Assembly: GCF_009914755.1 (NCBI RefSeq)
Contig: NC_060932.1
From: the human T2T-CHM13v2.0 reference genome, Homo sapiens
Length of the DNA: 64,000 bases
Direction: 5' to 3' (one strand)
In this document: positions 53,291 through 64,000 of the stretch, in pieces
Layout of the letters: the number at the start of each line of letters is the position of its first letter
Numbering within the stretch: the first letter of the stretch is position 1
Notes under the pieces: model-generated
The model's input: the letters and a program-made list of their open reading frames with translations, nothing else
The model's database searches: none
Told to the model about the DNA's origin: nothing
Translations under genes and position numbers: made by a program

Positions 53291-56118
53291 GTTGAATATT
53301 TTCTTATATCAAATTATATGGAATCATTTTGAAGGCAAAATAAAACTTTTTAAATCCTCATAAACATATGAGTAGTGCAATTGTCTATTGGACTTTGGAG
53401 AAATGTGTATCAGAAAAGATGAATGACATTTTAGTAAATATTTACTAGTTATAACCTGTTATTAGCACTAAAATATATAGTAAACAATTACAAACAATAA
53501 TTAATTACCATCTTAGGCTCATCTTCAAGTCTCTAAATCTGTAACCTTAATATCCAGTCCGGCAGGGTGAGTCCAAGTTGCTTGGAAAATCCTGATGTTA
53601 GCTACTGTTGTGCCCTTCTTGCTCAATTATGAGATGTAAACTCAGACACATCACTTGTACATTGGCTTCATGATTTATGGGAGAAAAGGTGAAGAGATTT
53701 GATTTGAAAACATTTTCCACTTAATAACACTCTCCCAGAATCCTTCTCATAACCTCTTTCCCCTGCCCAACCTCACACAAGCAAAACTATCCAAAGAAGA
53801 ATCTTTGTGGTTAAGATTCAAAAGCTCATCTTGAACTTAAAGCTAGCAAATGTCAGCAGTTTCACGTTAGTTTGTCCTAATGTTCTCAGAAATCTAAACC
53901 ATGGTATCTTGCCGCATTTAAAATTCTTCCCTGCTCGCTGCAGTCCCTAATAATATCCTGGCCATGTACCTTCATCTATATTCATGAGAGTGCAGATGCA
54001 GCCAAATTAGTGGCAGCAAAGCACATTTTACAGTGTAGAAAATACAATCTGGCTTCCTTTAAACATTTTTTGACAAAAAAGTTTTATTAAAAAAAAAAAA
54101 AGAAAGAAAACCAGACAGATTTAAATTCACCACCACCCGTTGGAGGAGTCTGTTACAAATGCACAGCTGGCTTGATGATGAGTGACAAATCAAAAGTCAG
54201 GGAGAAACTTCCCGATCATCTGAGCCCTTGCCACCCGATTAGCAGAAGAAAAACAGGGCAGATGGAGGGAGACGCAGCAGTTCGGAGGGAACAGATGGCC
54301 ACTACGAACTTGATATATGAAATTAATAACACTTTCTCAAATACAATTAGTAACAGGAATACATTACCTGAATTTTCATAACTGTGAGCAAGCTGACATT
54401 AAATGAGGTTTTTCAGATTAACAGTTGATGTGGCATTGATATTTGGAGGGAAATAAAAATATATAGCAATAAGAGAAACCTTTTGCTTTTTGGTGCCATT
54501 GATCAGGATGTTGTAACATATGAAAGGAGAAGTGCTATTCAAAGAAATTCCATATTTAAATTCCACTAATTGGAATTTTTTTTCTAATGTAGCCATTTGG
54601 GCCACATAATGCATGAGATACTTAAGAGCCTCGCAGATGTATGCAGCATCCACTGCCCTAGATGAATTATTCTTTAGGAGGAAATTAACCATTATGCATC
54701 TCTCTACAGATAAAGTGGGGGAAAAGCAAACAAAAACAGGCACAGGAGAGTGAAAAACTCAAGGTTAGATGAAATCAAGAGGCTAAGTAATTTTTTTCAA
54801 ATCCATTGATGATACAATAAGTAATTCTAGGAATGTTATTAAGCTTTCTCTATTTTGATGCCCGGTCTCTAAAATGGGCAAAATACCAATGCTATATGTT
54901 TTGTTCAAAATGGTGTCAACTGAAAATCTATTTTTAATTCAAAATCTATGATGATGGCATGTCTGGACTGTGTTAAGCAGCCAGCCCCCTGGGAAGCCAG
55001 AACCTCTCTGAGCTTGGTTAGGTCAGCTTCTGGGGCTCCTGATGAGACAGACATGATGGTGATGAAACTTTGCTGAATGAAGCCCAACCCTGGCCCCTGC
55101 AGGAGGCAGAGGCAACCTGGAGTGTTACAAGATGAGGCCATACAGCAGCTGCATAGCTTTCTGATTGAAGGAAAGGGCATACCCACTCTTATGCGTAAGG
55201 GCTGTCACAGGGTCCAGGCCTCTGGGAGAGGTAGGCATGAATGTCTCTGGAGAGGTGCATACACTGGGTCTGGTGCAGGGACAGAGCTAAAATATACAAG
55301 CACACCAGCCATATGCATGTCTCTAGGGTGGCAAGAGGGGTCTCTCTTGAGTTCCAAGAGGCAGATCATTACTTCTGCTACAATACGATGGCTGTTTCTG
55401 CAGCTGGTGGTGGCAGAAATTAGCAGAGAGAGAAGGTAAGAACATTTTCTCTTGCCTGAAAGGAATAACCCTGGTTATTCAGGTAAGCTTAGAAATCCCA
55501 AGAAATCATGTTATGAAGCTGTCCCTCTCCCACTTACAAGGGAGGAAAAGGCCAAAGAAATAAAGACAAAGTTCCCTTTCCAGAACCATCCAGAAATACT
55601 TAAACATTAAAAAAAAATAGTTAAAGCAGGTACAACTGGAAAAGCCTGGAAGACAGGATGGATATAGGGCACTTGACTAGACATCAATTCATATGAACTT
55701 TTAAGAAATATCTGAATTTAATTGTGGTTTCAGCTGTAAAAGCAATTAGCAATGAGATCTTAGATAAGTCACTTCACAAACTTTATACTGCTTAACATAA
55801 AATTAAGGGCTTGGATTTTATAGAAGAGCCATCAGATTTTAAAATATTTTATTATATTAAAAATTTAAAAATTAACATACCTATAGATATTGTTTATTCT
55901 TTCAGCTTACAATGATATATGCATTTATAACTAAGCATTAAAAAGTTACTAAAAGGATTAACACCAAATGTTCCCAAAGCTTTCAATCTACTCTTAAAGA
56001 GGAGAATATGACTTTTCAAGCTGAACATATTTTCCCTAATATTTGAAACAAAAATAAGATCATCACACACATATGAGTTAAGATAGGAAACTAAAAATAA
56101 GTATGAATTGGATAGACC

Positions 56119-56592
56119 TGTATCTTAGTTTGGGTTTCCCCAGAAGCAAACCTTGACATGATAATTTGAGTGCAAGTAGTTTATTTGGGAGGTGAAAGAA
56201 AACACCAGTGCAGGTGGGTATGGGGGGAATAAGACATGAAAGTGAAGACAGCAAATATCACTTTATCAAACCAGTCAACACCGCAGGGGACTGCTGCTTG
56301 ATATCACTGGGAAAACTCTGGGAGTCCATGGAAGAGTTAATCCACTGGGCAAGTGAGAGAGCTGGGGTATTTATGCACCAGCTTCTGTCAGTCATTGGTT
56401 AAGGGCTGCTCCCAGGAATTGTTAATCCCCCTGCATTTCTGGTCTGTGCAGGTGGTCAAGCAGGCTCCAGAAGCAAGAGAAAACCTTCAGGCAAAAAAGA
56501 GCAGGTGCTGGCATTTGGAAGTTGGGTTGCTGCACCTCAGGGTGTTAGGGGCAAGGAGATATAGCAGGGCACTGGCAGCATTTAGCATGTCA
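56119..56592 (-). mobile_element. ERVL solo LTR (LTR16-like)
   Basis: tcttagtttgggtttccccagaagcaaaccttga...tttgagtgcaagtagtttatttgggaggtga; gctggggtatttatgcacca...gtcattggttaagggctgc. Confidence 0.85.
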
Positions 56593-57951
56593 TGATAAAA
56601 CTACTGTCAACGAATTCCCACCCAATAGCTATTTATTTAACTAGGCTGTGTGACATGAGGCTTTATATGTCCTCTTCTCACCTTCAAGGAATGGGCAGAA
56701 TCCACAGGGCATCCAGATGACAGGCAGGATGCTCCTGCCCCTTAGAAGTGCTCCACTGCAGCCTCCACACATGAATGAGAACCAGCCCTTCACCCCAACT
56801 CATCTGGGTATGTCTGGTTATTACCTGAACTGCCTCCAACCTCCTAAAGACAGTAATCTTTATTTTTCCAAATGGTCCTCACTCCACAGTTGGCATTGCT
56901 CACTCTGAGAGCGGGGCGTGAGACAGCAGAGGAGACAGAAAAGCTACTCTCATGATTCATCTAACATCCTAGTGAGGCGAAGGAAGAGTTCTGACCTCCC
57001 CCGCTTTCTGTTATTATTCCCCTAGAGGCAAATTTTAGATCCAAGGTGAAATTCAATGAATTTCCTTTTACCTTACTTGGAATATAAAAGTAAGTTTCTC
57101 CCTCTTTACTGAAATATGCATATTGAAGGATGCTAGTAAGCAGAATATCTAAACAGAGGGGCTTTAAGCGGGACACTTGCTGATGTTTTCCATTCACCCT
57201 TGATGTTGATGGGCAGCGTGCCTTTTAGAAAAGATCATAACAACCTTGACATGCCTGGTCTGTATGCTGTTAGGCTCATCTGTTCTGTGACAAAGAAACC
57301 TCATTAGATGGGAGTGCTGCTGCAGGACTTGAGTCTCATTTAGAGATTTTTCTCAAGGATCCCTTAAACACTGAGGAATGATATTAATATTAACTCCTAT
57401 CATTTAGTTTATTCTCTAATTTTTAAAGATTTAAATTTGATTCCTAAAAAGTGGTTCCTATTTGATCAATCATTTAACAAATATGTCTTGAGCACTTCTC
57501 TGTCAGGCACTATACCACGTAAACATTTCGGATAGAGATTTCTGTTCCTGTGAAGTTTACATTGTCATAAAAGGAGTCAGACAATACGCAATAAAATTGT
57601 TAAGAAAGGTAGTACGGAAGAAGGCAATAAGGTCCATAAGAAGGCAATAAGGTCCATAAAGTAAAGAAAATATGTTGGGCAGGGGAAGAGGGCTTGGAAA
57701 TGACAGGGTTTTCAGGAGAAGCCTTACTGGGAAAGTGATATTTATACAAAGACTTAAAGGAGATATGAACACAATTCTGAGTACCTGGTACATTTTTAGG
57801 ACTAGCAATACAGCAGTAAGTATGACAAAACCCTTCCCTAGAGAAGCTTATAGTATAGAGAAGAAGTTCAATCATAAACAGATAAACAAATATGTAATGT
57901 CAGAAACTGATAAACATGAGAAGAAAAATAAAGCATGATAATCGGATACAG

Positions 57952-58169
57952 CATGTGTAGGCAACATTTTCTGGAAAGGACCAGGTAGTAAATATTTAAA
58001 GTCTTTCAGCAGTTTCTGACACAAATACTCAACTCTGCCATTATAATGCAAAAGGAGTCATAGATAATAAGTAAATAGAATAGATGTGGCGATATTCTAA
58101 TGAAACTTTATTTACAAAAATAGGCAGTAGGCAAGAGCTGGTCTATGGGCCATAGTTTGCTGACCCCGG
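57952..58169 (+). mobile_element. MER58A (hAT-Charlie)
   Basis: aaaggaccaggtagtaaatattt; actcaactctgccattataatgcaaaag; aaactttatttacaaaaataggc; gggccatagtttgctgacccc. Confidence 0.88.
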
Positions 58170-58367
58170 CCATAGGAATCTTTGAGGATATGACATTTTA
58201 ATAGAGGCCAGAGTAACATAAAAGAGCTATGTGATAATCCAGGGAAAAAGTGTCCCAAGTAGAAGAAAGCACAAGTTCAGAGGCCCTGAGATGGCAGCTT
58301 GATTGACAAGTGTGCATCTTGAAGTCAAGTGAGCAAGAGGACGAAATTAGGAAACTGGATTCAAGTA

Positions 58368-58798
58368 CGTGGTGGACTATATTACTGGTCATAATAATTT
58401 ACTCTTCCCTGATGCACAGTCTTTGCCATGTGATGTTGTAGCTCCTTCCTCTAAAGGGGATTAGGATATTTTCCTATACTTGACTTTGCATTGTGACTAG
58501 CTTTGGTCAATAGAACAAGGTGAAAATGGCGATATGCCAGCACTGAGTCTAAATCTTCAGAAGCTCTGCCTGTTTCTGCTCTCTCTCTTGCATATCTCCC
58601 ATTGCTCTCAGAAGAATAGCTCAGGCTGGCCTTCTGGTCCCTGAAGGAGCAGAGCCACCCAGCCAAGCAATCCTACCTGAGTCCAGCCTGGATCAGTCAA
58701 CTCCTAGCCAAGTTCCGGGCACAAAATAATAATAAATAATGTGTGGAGCCATTGAGTTTTCAGACTGTTTGTTATATAAAAAATAGTTAAGTGATACA
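58368..58798 (+). mobile_element. MaLR solo LTR (MLT1H/G-like)
   Basis: ctttgccatgtgatgttgtagctcct; tgtgactagctttggtcaatagaa; agccattgagttttcagactgtttgtta...gtgataca. Confidence 0.8.
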
Positions 58799-59369
58799 GA
58801 GAAGTAGCCAAGATCCATATCATGATGGCCTCGTGGCCCCAATAACTTTGGACTTAATTCTGTGAGAAGGAAAACAATTTGCATGTTGAAGGTAAGGTAA
58901 GAAGTAAGATAAGACTTGGTTCATATTTTAGATGTGTTACTTGGGATATGTCAGAAAGGCACTGCAGAAGAGCTAGCGTGGAATATGGGGATTTGTTAGG
59001 AGGGATTTTCAACTGACAGATGATGGTAGCTAAAACTCAGGAAAAGGAAGTGAAGGAAAACGAAGTGGTTAGATTATATTTTGAAGGTAGAGCCAGTGCA
59101 ATTTTTCATAAGTGTTGCATAAAAGAAAGAGAGTAATCAAGGGTGGCTCTGAGATTTTTGGCCTGCACAAATAATGTTATATTGGTGCATTTGCTGAAAT
59201 GGAGGGTAATATACAGTTGAAAGGAGGGTAATATACAGTTGAAACTGTTAAAAAAAATACTAAATTGAGGTTGAGATCAACAGAAAAGTGAGAAGCATTT
59301 AAGCAATATGAAACTATTAAAAATACTTTAATTTTAAACTATACTTCGTAAGTATACCATGTAAGCTAG

Positions 59370-59773
59370 TGTATTAGTCAGCTCAGGCTACCATAACCAG
59401 ATACTGGAGACTGGGTGGCTTAACCAAGAGACAATTATTTTCTCACAGTTCTAGAGGCTAGAATTCCAATATCAAGGTGTCAGCAAGATTGGCTTCTGTT
59501 GAAGCTTTTATTTCTGAGTTGTAACTTCTCTCCTTCTCCCCGTGTCCTCACACGGCCTTTCCTTTGTGTACACATTGAGAGAGAGAGAGAGAGAGAGAGA
59601 TCTTGTACCTCTTCCTCTTCTTATAAGAACACTAGTTTTATTGGATTTGAGCCTTACCCTATGACCTCATTTAACCTTAGTCACCTCCTTAAAGGTTCTA
59701 TCTCCAAATATGGTCACATTGAGGGCTAGGGCTACAACATGAAATTTGGGGGGACACAATTCAGTCCATAATA
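59370..59773 (-). mobile_element. MaLR solo LTR (MLT1A/B-like) with internal (GA)12
   Basis: tgtattagtcagctcaggctaccataac...atgacctcatttaacct...gggggacacaattcagtccata; near-TSD gctag/gctaa. Confidence 0.9.
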
Positions 59774-59849
59774 GCTAACTTTATTTATTAAATAGCTAAC
59801 ATTTTATAATGGACTAAAGCAATTTGAGTTCAACTCCAATTACCATCAA

Positions 59850-60610
59850 CATCTTTGTTCCCTTCCAGCAAAACTTTTTGAAAGTGTTGTATGTATTCTT
59901 TCTTCTCATCTTTTCAAATTAAGCATCTTTTTCTACTACTCCACTACAATTTCTCTCCTTAGGATCATCAGTGACTGTTCTAAAGTCAATCCCACAGTTC
60001 TTTCCCATGCTTTCTTGACTCCTCTCCCATTAGACACAGTTGACCAGACACTCTTTGAAGCCCTGTCTCCTGTAGGCTGAGGTTACGCTATACTCTCCCT
60101 GTTCTCTTCCACCTTCTCTGAGAACTCCTCTACAGTTCCCTTTGCTTGTGCTCCTGTTTTACCAGCAGACATTGGGCTGCCTCATAGGCCCCAACCTGCT
60201 GTTCTTTGCTAGAGCAATCTGGCCCCTGGCAATCACATTAGCTTTCATGACCTTGCATAAAACTTACACGCTGTTTCAGCTCCCACATCTGTATGTTTAT
60301 GACATTTCCACTTTGGTCCAAATTTTTGTGTCTAACTGCATCCTTGACATCTCCACTGAGATGTTAAAAGGCATCTTGAGGACAGAATCCTTGGTTTGCC
60401 CCTACACCAAACCAGTTCTTTTGCCAGTTTTCTCCAGTTGAGTAAACATGGCACTCATCAACTCAGATGCTTAGGTCTCACACCTATGGGCCCTCCTGAT
60501 GTCCATTTGTTCACTTCCCCCTCAACTTTAAGCTACCAGCAAATCCTGTCAGCTTTATTCTCCTCCTCTTCAAGCTACTTGTTAACATCTTTATTACTAC
60601 CACCCATTGG
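59850..60610 (+). mobile_element. L2 ORF2 RT-region remnant
   Basis: cattagacacagttgacca (FDTVDH-like); ctaactgcatccttgacatctccactgagatg...aggcatct. Confidence 0.72.
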
Positions 60611-61541
60611 TCATTAAAATTAAAGTCTGAGGTTAAATAAAAAGGTTGCCAGCACTTTTAGTTCAAATGTGTGACTCCTTCTCTGAAGCATGTGGCTAAT
60701 ATAGTGAAGAAATGAAGAAGAAAAAGAATACATATGTTGTAATAGGCAAAACCTGCTCAGATTTTGTAAGATCATAAAACATGAGTGGAAAGAATATTAT
60801 TTAAAACCCCATGATATTTATTGACTTGTGGAAAGCCAATATTGGACAAAAAAAACACACCTGTGACAAAATTCCTTTTGGGGAAATTTGCACTATTATC
60901 CAGCTTGATCTTAGGGAGTGATCTGAAAATCCTGTGGAAAATCAACTCATGTTACATTCTGTCCTTTCAAGTCTAAAGGAGGAGTCTATTCATGCTTACC
61001 AGGGACAACTCTTTAATACATAAAACCAAGCCATTAGGAGAGGGATACCAGGATATTTGGGGGCAGATCCTGGATTCTTTAGGGGGTCCCTAAGATTCAA
61101 CTACTTCACCTACATGTGAGATGAGCTATATCATTATCACTGTTGCGACAAATAAACAAAAGCCATTAAAAAGAGAAAAAAGAGAAACAGCTAAAAGTGA
61201 GGAGCACTTTAAAAAAAATCCATAAAATCATTATGCAGTTTTAACCAATTACAAGTCTGCTTTCAGTTAAAAAAGTGCCAAGAGCAAACCACAGAAATGA
61301 ATCAGAATGGGAGTTTAATTGGAGACTGCCGGCCAGCGGCCAATTTAAAGACTATTTTAAGAGAGCGGGTTGAGCTCAGTATTGAAGCCATATTTGATCA
61401 CCTTAAGAATTGTTGCCATTCAGACCTGCGGAATTGGCTCCTCTCTAGTAGGCATAGCAAGTCCCAGCGCTGTGTCTGAATTCACTTCCATCACTGCTTA
61501 TAGTTAAAAGAAATTAAGAAAATTCACCCATCTATTGAAAG

Positions 61542-62420
61542 TAGAGCTGCCTGCATATTTTGCGGGACCCAGTGCAATATGAAAATGGGAGCCCTTTGTT
61601 CAAAATGCAGGAAGAAAGTATTATTAAAATTTAAAAAATATAAAACTTTTTCCTTCCAAGGTCTCCCTGTTGACCTCTCATGAAGTTTTTTGACTTTTTA
61701 ACACTGCAATCCCTCAGGCAGGTGAATACACACAGCCTGCTGAGCCTCACAGGCGCCTGAGCGGCCAGACCAATTTGTCAGTCTCCCTCTTCCACACCCA
61801 TCACTCCAGTCACGATGGACGGGAGGTCCTGAGAGAGTCCAACCTCCACGGGGGGACACACTGGGGACCTTGATCAGGAATAGGTAACAGGCCTCTCCCC
61901 AGGTTGCTTATCAAATGTTCTGTGGTGTTGCTAATCCTGGGTGAGGAGAGCTGCTGCAATACTCCAAGGTTCTATGGGGTGCAGGCTCACCCAACCCCAC
62001 CCCTTCCCATGTCCTCCCCAGGCACCTGCCAGGGGTGGCAGGTAGTGGCAGGATATTGGCCTCCCCCTGCTGTCCTGCTCTTGCTCCTGGTTGAAGGTGT
62101 CAGTGGCGGCAGAGTGGGAAGGGGAAAATGTGGGGTTCAAATTCCAGATGATGGCAACATGGCTACCAAAACCTGTCCCTGGAAAGTAGGGGAGGCAACA
62201 GGTGGCAGTACTCACATGAGTGACTCTCTAAGCCACCATCCCTCTGCAGTCACCCATGCTCTATTGTTCCAGCAGACTTCATTTACAAAATCCAAATTCA
62301 AAGATAAAATTATCAGTAATTTCGAGACTGTGACTAGAGAGCATAGAATGGCAAGCCCAGATCCTTCTGAGCCAGTGGCCACGTGCAACTGCACTGGTCA
62401 TTCCTGTGAAGCTGACCCTG
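61542..62420 (-). mobile_element. MER45B/C-like hAT-Tip100 element
   Basis: Ends match the MER45A copy in this window (atattttgcgggacccagtgcaatatgaaaatggg; ctgtgaagctgaccctg); degenerate 8-bp TSD attgaaag/atgggaag. Confidence 0.8.
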
Positions 62421-63224
62421 ATGGGAAGTGGATTTGCTGGTGACATCACAGGGCCCTGATCCTGCAACATCCTGGAGGAGCTGTGTGCACCTGCCAACTC
62501 TGGCTCTCCTCCAACATATACAATCTTATTTTTGAAAAAGAGCTTTCTGCTTCAGTAAGACAAGAAAGACAAGGCATTTTAGAAATTTTAAAAAACAGTG
62601 TATCTTTTATTTCATGGGTTTATACAGATCATACCTAGTAGTACTAAGAGAACTTACCAAAGAACAACAATGACTTAATTTGGAGTCTGTTTCTGAGTGG
62701 TGCTTTTCTAATCAAAGTGTAATTAGGGCATTGCTCCAAGCAGTCTTGGCTGGGTTCAGTGAGTTTAGACAGATATAGCTCTCTGAGTCCTTTACAGCCT
62801 GGACTGGCTTAACAATCATCCAAGCCTCATAGTGACCATTTTCCCTCATCTTTGTGACCCCATTTCTTTATCAATATTGTTGTTAAACCACAGCCAGCAG
62901 ATCCCAACGTCATTGGTTTATGATCAATCAGTGTACATATTTATACTGCTATAATGTTCAAAATACTATTTGGTTGATAATCTTTATTGCAGTACATATT
63001 TGAAAAACGTCATTAAAAACTTAGATTTAACAAATAATTTTGAGGTTCTTAATAGTTTCACACGTATGGTCTCATGGTTTAATTCTTTTTAAATTTTGTA
63101 GTATGATGTTGCTTTCTTGGGATAGTGATTAGGAAAAATCCATCATGTTTATTATTATAAGTATACTTAGAGTTACATATAATTCTAAATATATATGTGT
63201 ATAATTATGATTATATCCATGTAG

Positions 63225-63368
63225 TATTTATTGAATGCTTATTATCTACCATTTAATCTTTGCAACAATCCTGTTAAATAAGTACTCTCATCACTATTTT
63301 ATATGTGAAGAAACTGAGTTTCAGAGAGATTGAGTAACTTGCCTAAATTCATACAGCTGGTTGCTAGC
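63225..63368 (-). mobile_element. MIR SINE
   Basis: attttatatgtgaagaaactgagtttcagagagattgagtaacttgcctaaattcatacagctgg. Confidence 0.85.
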
Positions 63369-63638
63369 AACATTTATTGAGGACTTACTGTGAGCCGGAC
63401 ACCAGGCTAAGTATTTTACATAGTAGAATTCTACATTCTCTACAGTATTCTGCATATTGTCATTTAATCCCTATGACTTACCCTTTGGGATAGTATTACT
63501 GCTATCTTCATATTACAGATGAAAAAACTTGAGACTGGAAAGATTGATTCTCTTAAGGGTACACTGCTATTACCACTAAGAGCCAGGATTTTAACACAGA
63601 AAGTTGGACACCAGAGCCAATGTTTTCATTCATTACAC
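63369..63638 (-). mobile_element. MIR SINE, near full length
   Basis: aacatttattgaggacttactgtgagcc...catattacagatgaaaaaacttgag...agagccaggattttaacacag. Confidence 0.85.
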
Positions 63639-63903
63639 TGTGCAGAAGGTTGCATATTGTGAAAATGGCCAGAACATATTTCTGTTGCCACATACTCCTC
63701 CAGAACCTTACACTCTCTCATCAATAGTTGGAGTCTATTCTTCCCCCACTTGAAACCTTGTGGGCACTATGAATGCCATGACAAATAGCACTGTGGTGGA
63801 AGTGATATTGCATGGTCACACGTAGAAGGGCTAGGTCAGAAAAGGTAATACAGAACCTGCTAGGCTCTCTGTCTCAGGATACTCATCCTTGCAACTCAGC
63901 CAC
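63639..63903 (+). mobile_element. MaLR LTR (MLT1F-like), 5' part
   Basis: ggagtctattcttcccccacttgaa; gtggtggaagtgat; actcatccttgcaactcagccac. Confidence 0.75.
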
Positions 63904-64000
63904 TATGGAAGGCAGAGTCATGGCTCTCCAAAGATGTCTGTGTCCTAGTCCCTGGAACCTGTGAATATATTACCTTACTAGGCTAAAGGGACTTGACAGA
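63904..64000 (+). mobile_element. MaLR LTR (MLT1D-like) 5' end, nested, runs off the window
   Basis: ggcagagtcatggctctccaaagatgtc...ccctggaacctgtgaatatattacctta...aaagggactt. Confidence 0.8.

Larger units (their letters stand above)
57465..59210 (-). mobile_element. L2 fragments, interrupted by MER58A and an MLT1H-like LTR
   Basis: catttaacaaatatgtcttgagcact; agtagaagaaagcacaagttcagaggccctgagatgg; tatattttgaaggtagagcca; taatcaagggtggctctgagatttttggcctg. Confidence 0.75.

Noticed and set aside
53671-53680. Isolated single motifs (TGATTTATGG here, ATTTGCAT at 9491, TGACGTGG near 16196)
   Set aside because: Single short matches are expected by chance in 64 kb.
54399-55439. 93-120 aa ORFs in unique DNA
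   Set aside because: No recognisable domain or coherent exon structure; lengths compatible with chance.
61904-62443. 179-aa + strand ORF
   Set aside because: Lies almost entirely within the GC-rich interior of a MER45-type element, starts at TTG, and shows no hAT transposase motifs.

Overview
Primate genomic DNA, most likely human or great ape given the AluY-like and L1PA2-like insertions. It is AT-rich, repeat-dense and intergenic or intronic. I found no host protein-coding exon, tRNA, rRNA, CRISPR array or CpG island that I can support. Nearly all long ORFs are decayed LINE-1 frames, antisense shadows of repeats or low-complexity translations. Main content: (1) a 5'-intact but coding-dead L1PA6/7-like element (1-5852, minus) that keeps its YY1 site and an antisense ORF0 homolog; (2) an old L1M remnant hosting an L1PA2-like 3' fragment and an AluS with a 192-nt pyrimidine tail; (3) an internally deleted L1PA16/L1PB4-like element hosting an AluY and an AGAT STR; (4) many L2, MIR, CR1/L3, MaLR/ERVL LTR and DNA-transposon fossils (MER82, MER44A, MER45, MER103, MER58, MER5). 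I did not find convincing evidence of a new biological system. The best second-look items are a palindromic templated-insertion scar at 14127-14199, a copy-specific splice donor overlapping the ORF0 stop codon, a microhomology-bounded RT deletion in the second L1, a (GGAA)10 microsatellite, and a few dense TF-motif clusters. Repeat subfamily names come from recalled consensus sequences, not a database search, and boundaries of old repeats are approximate.
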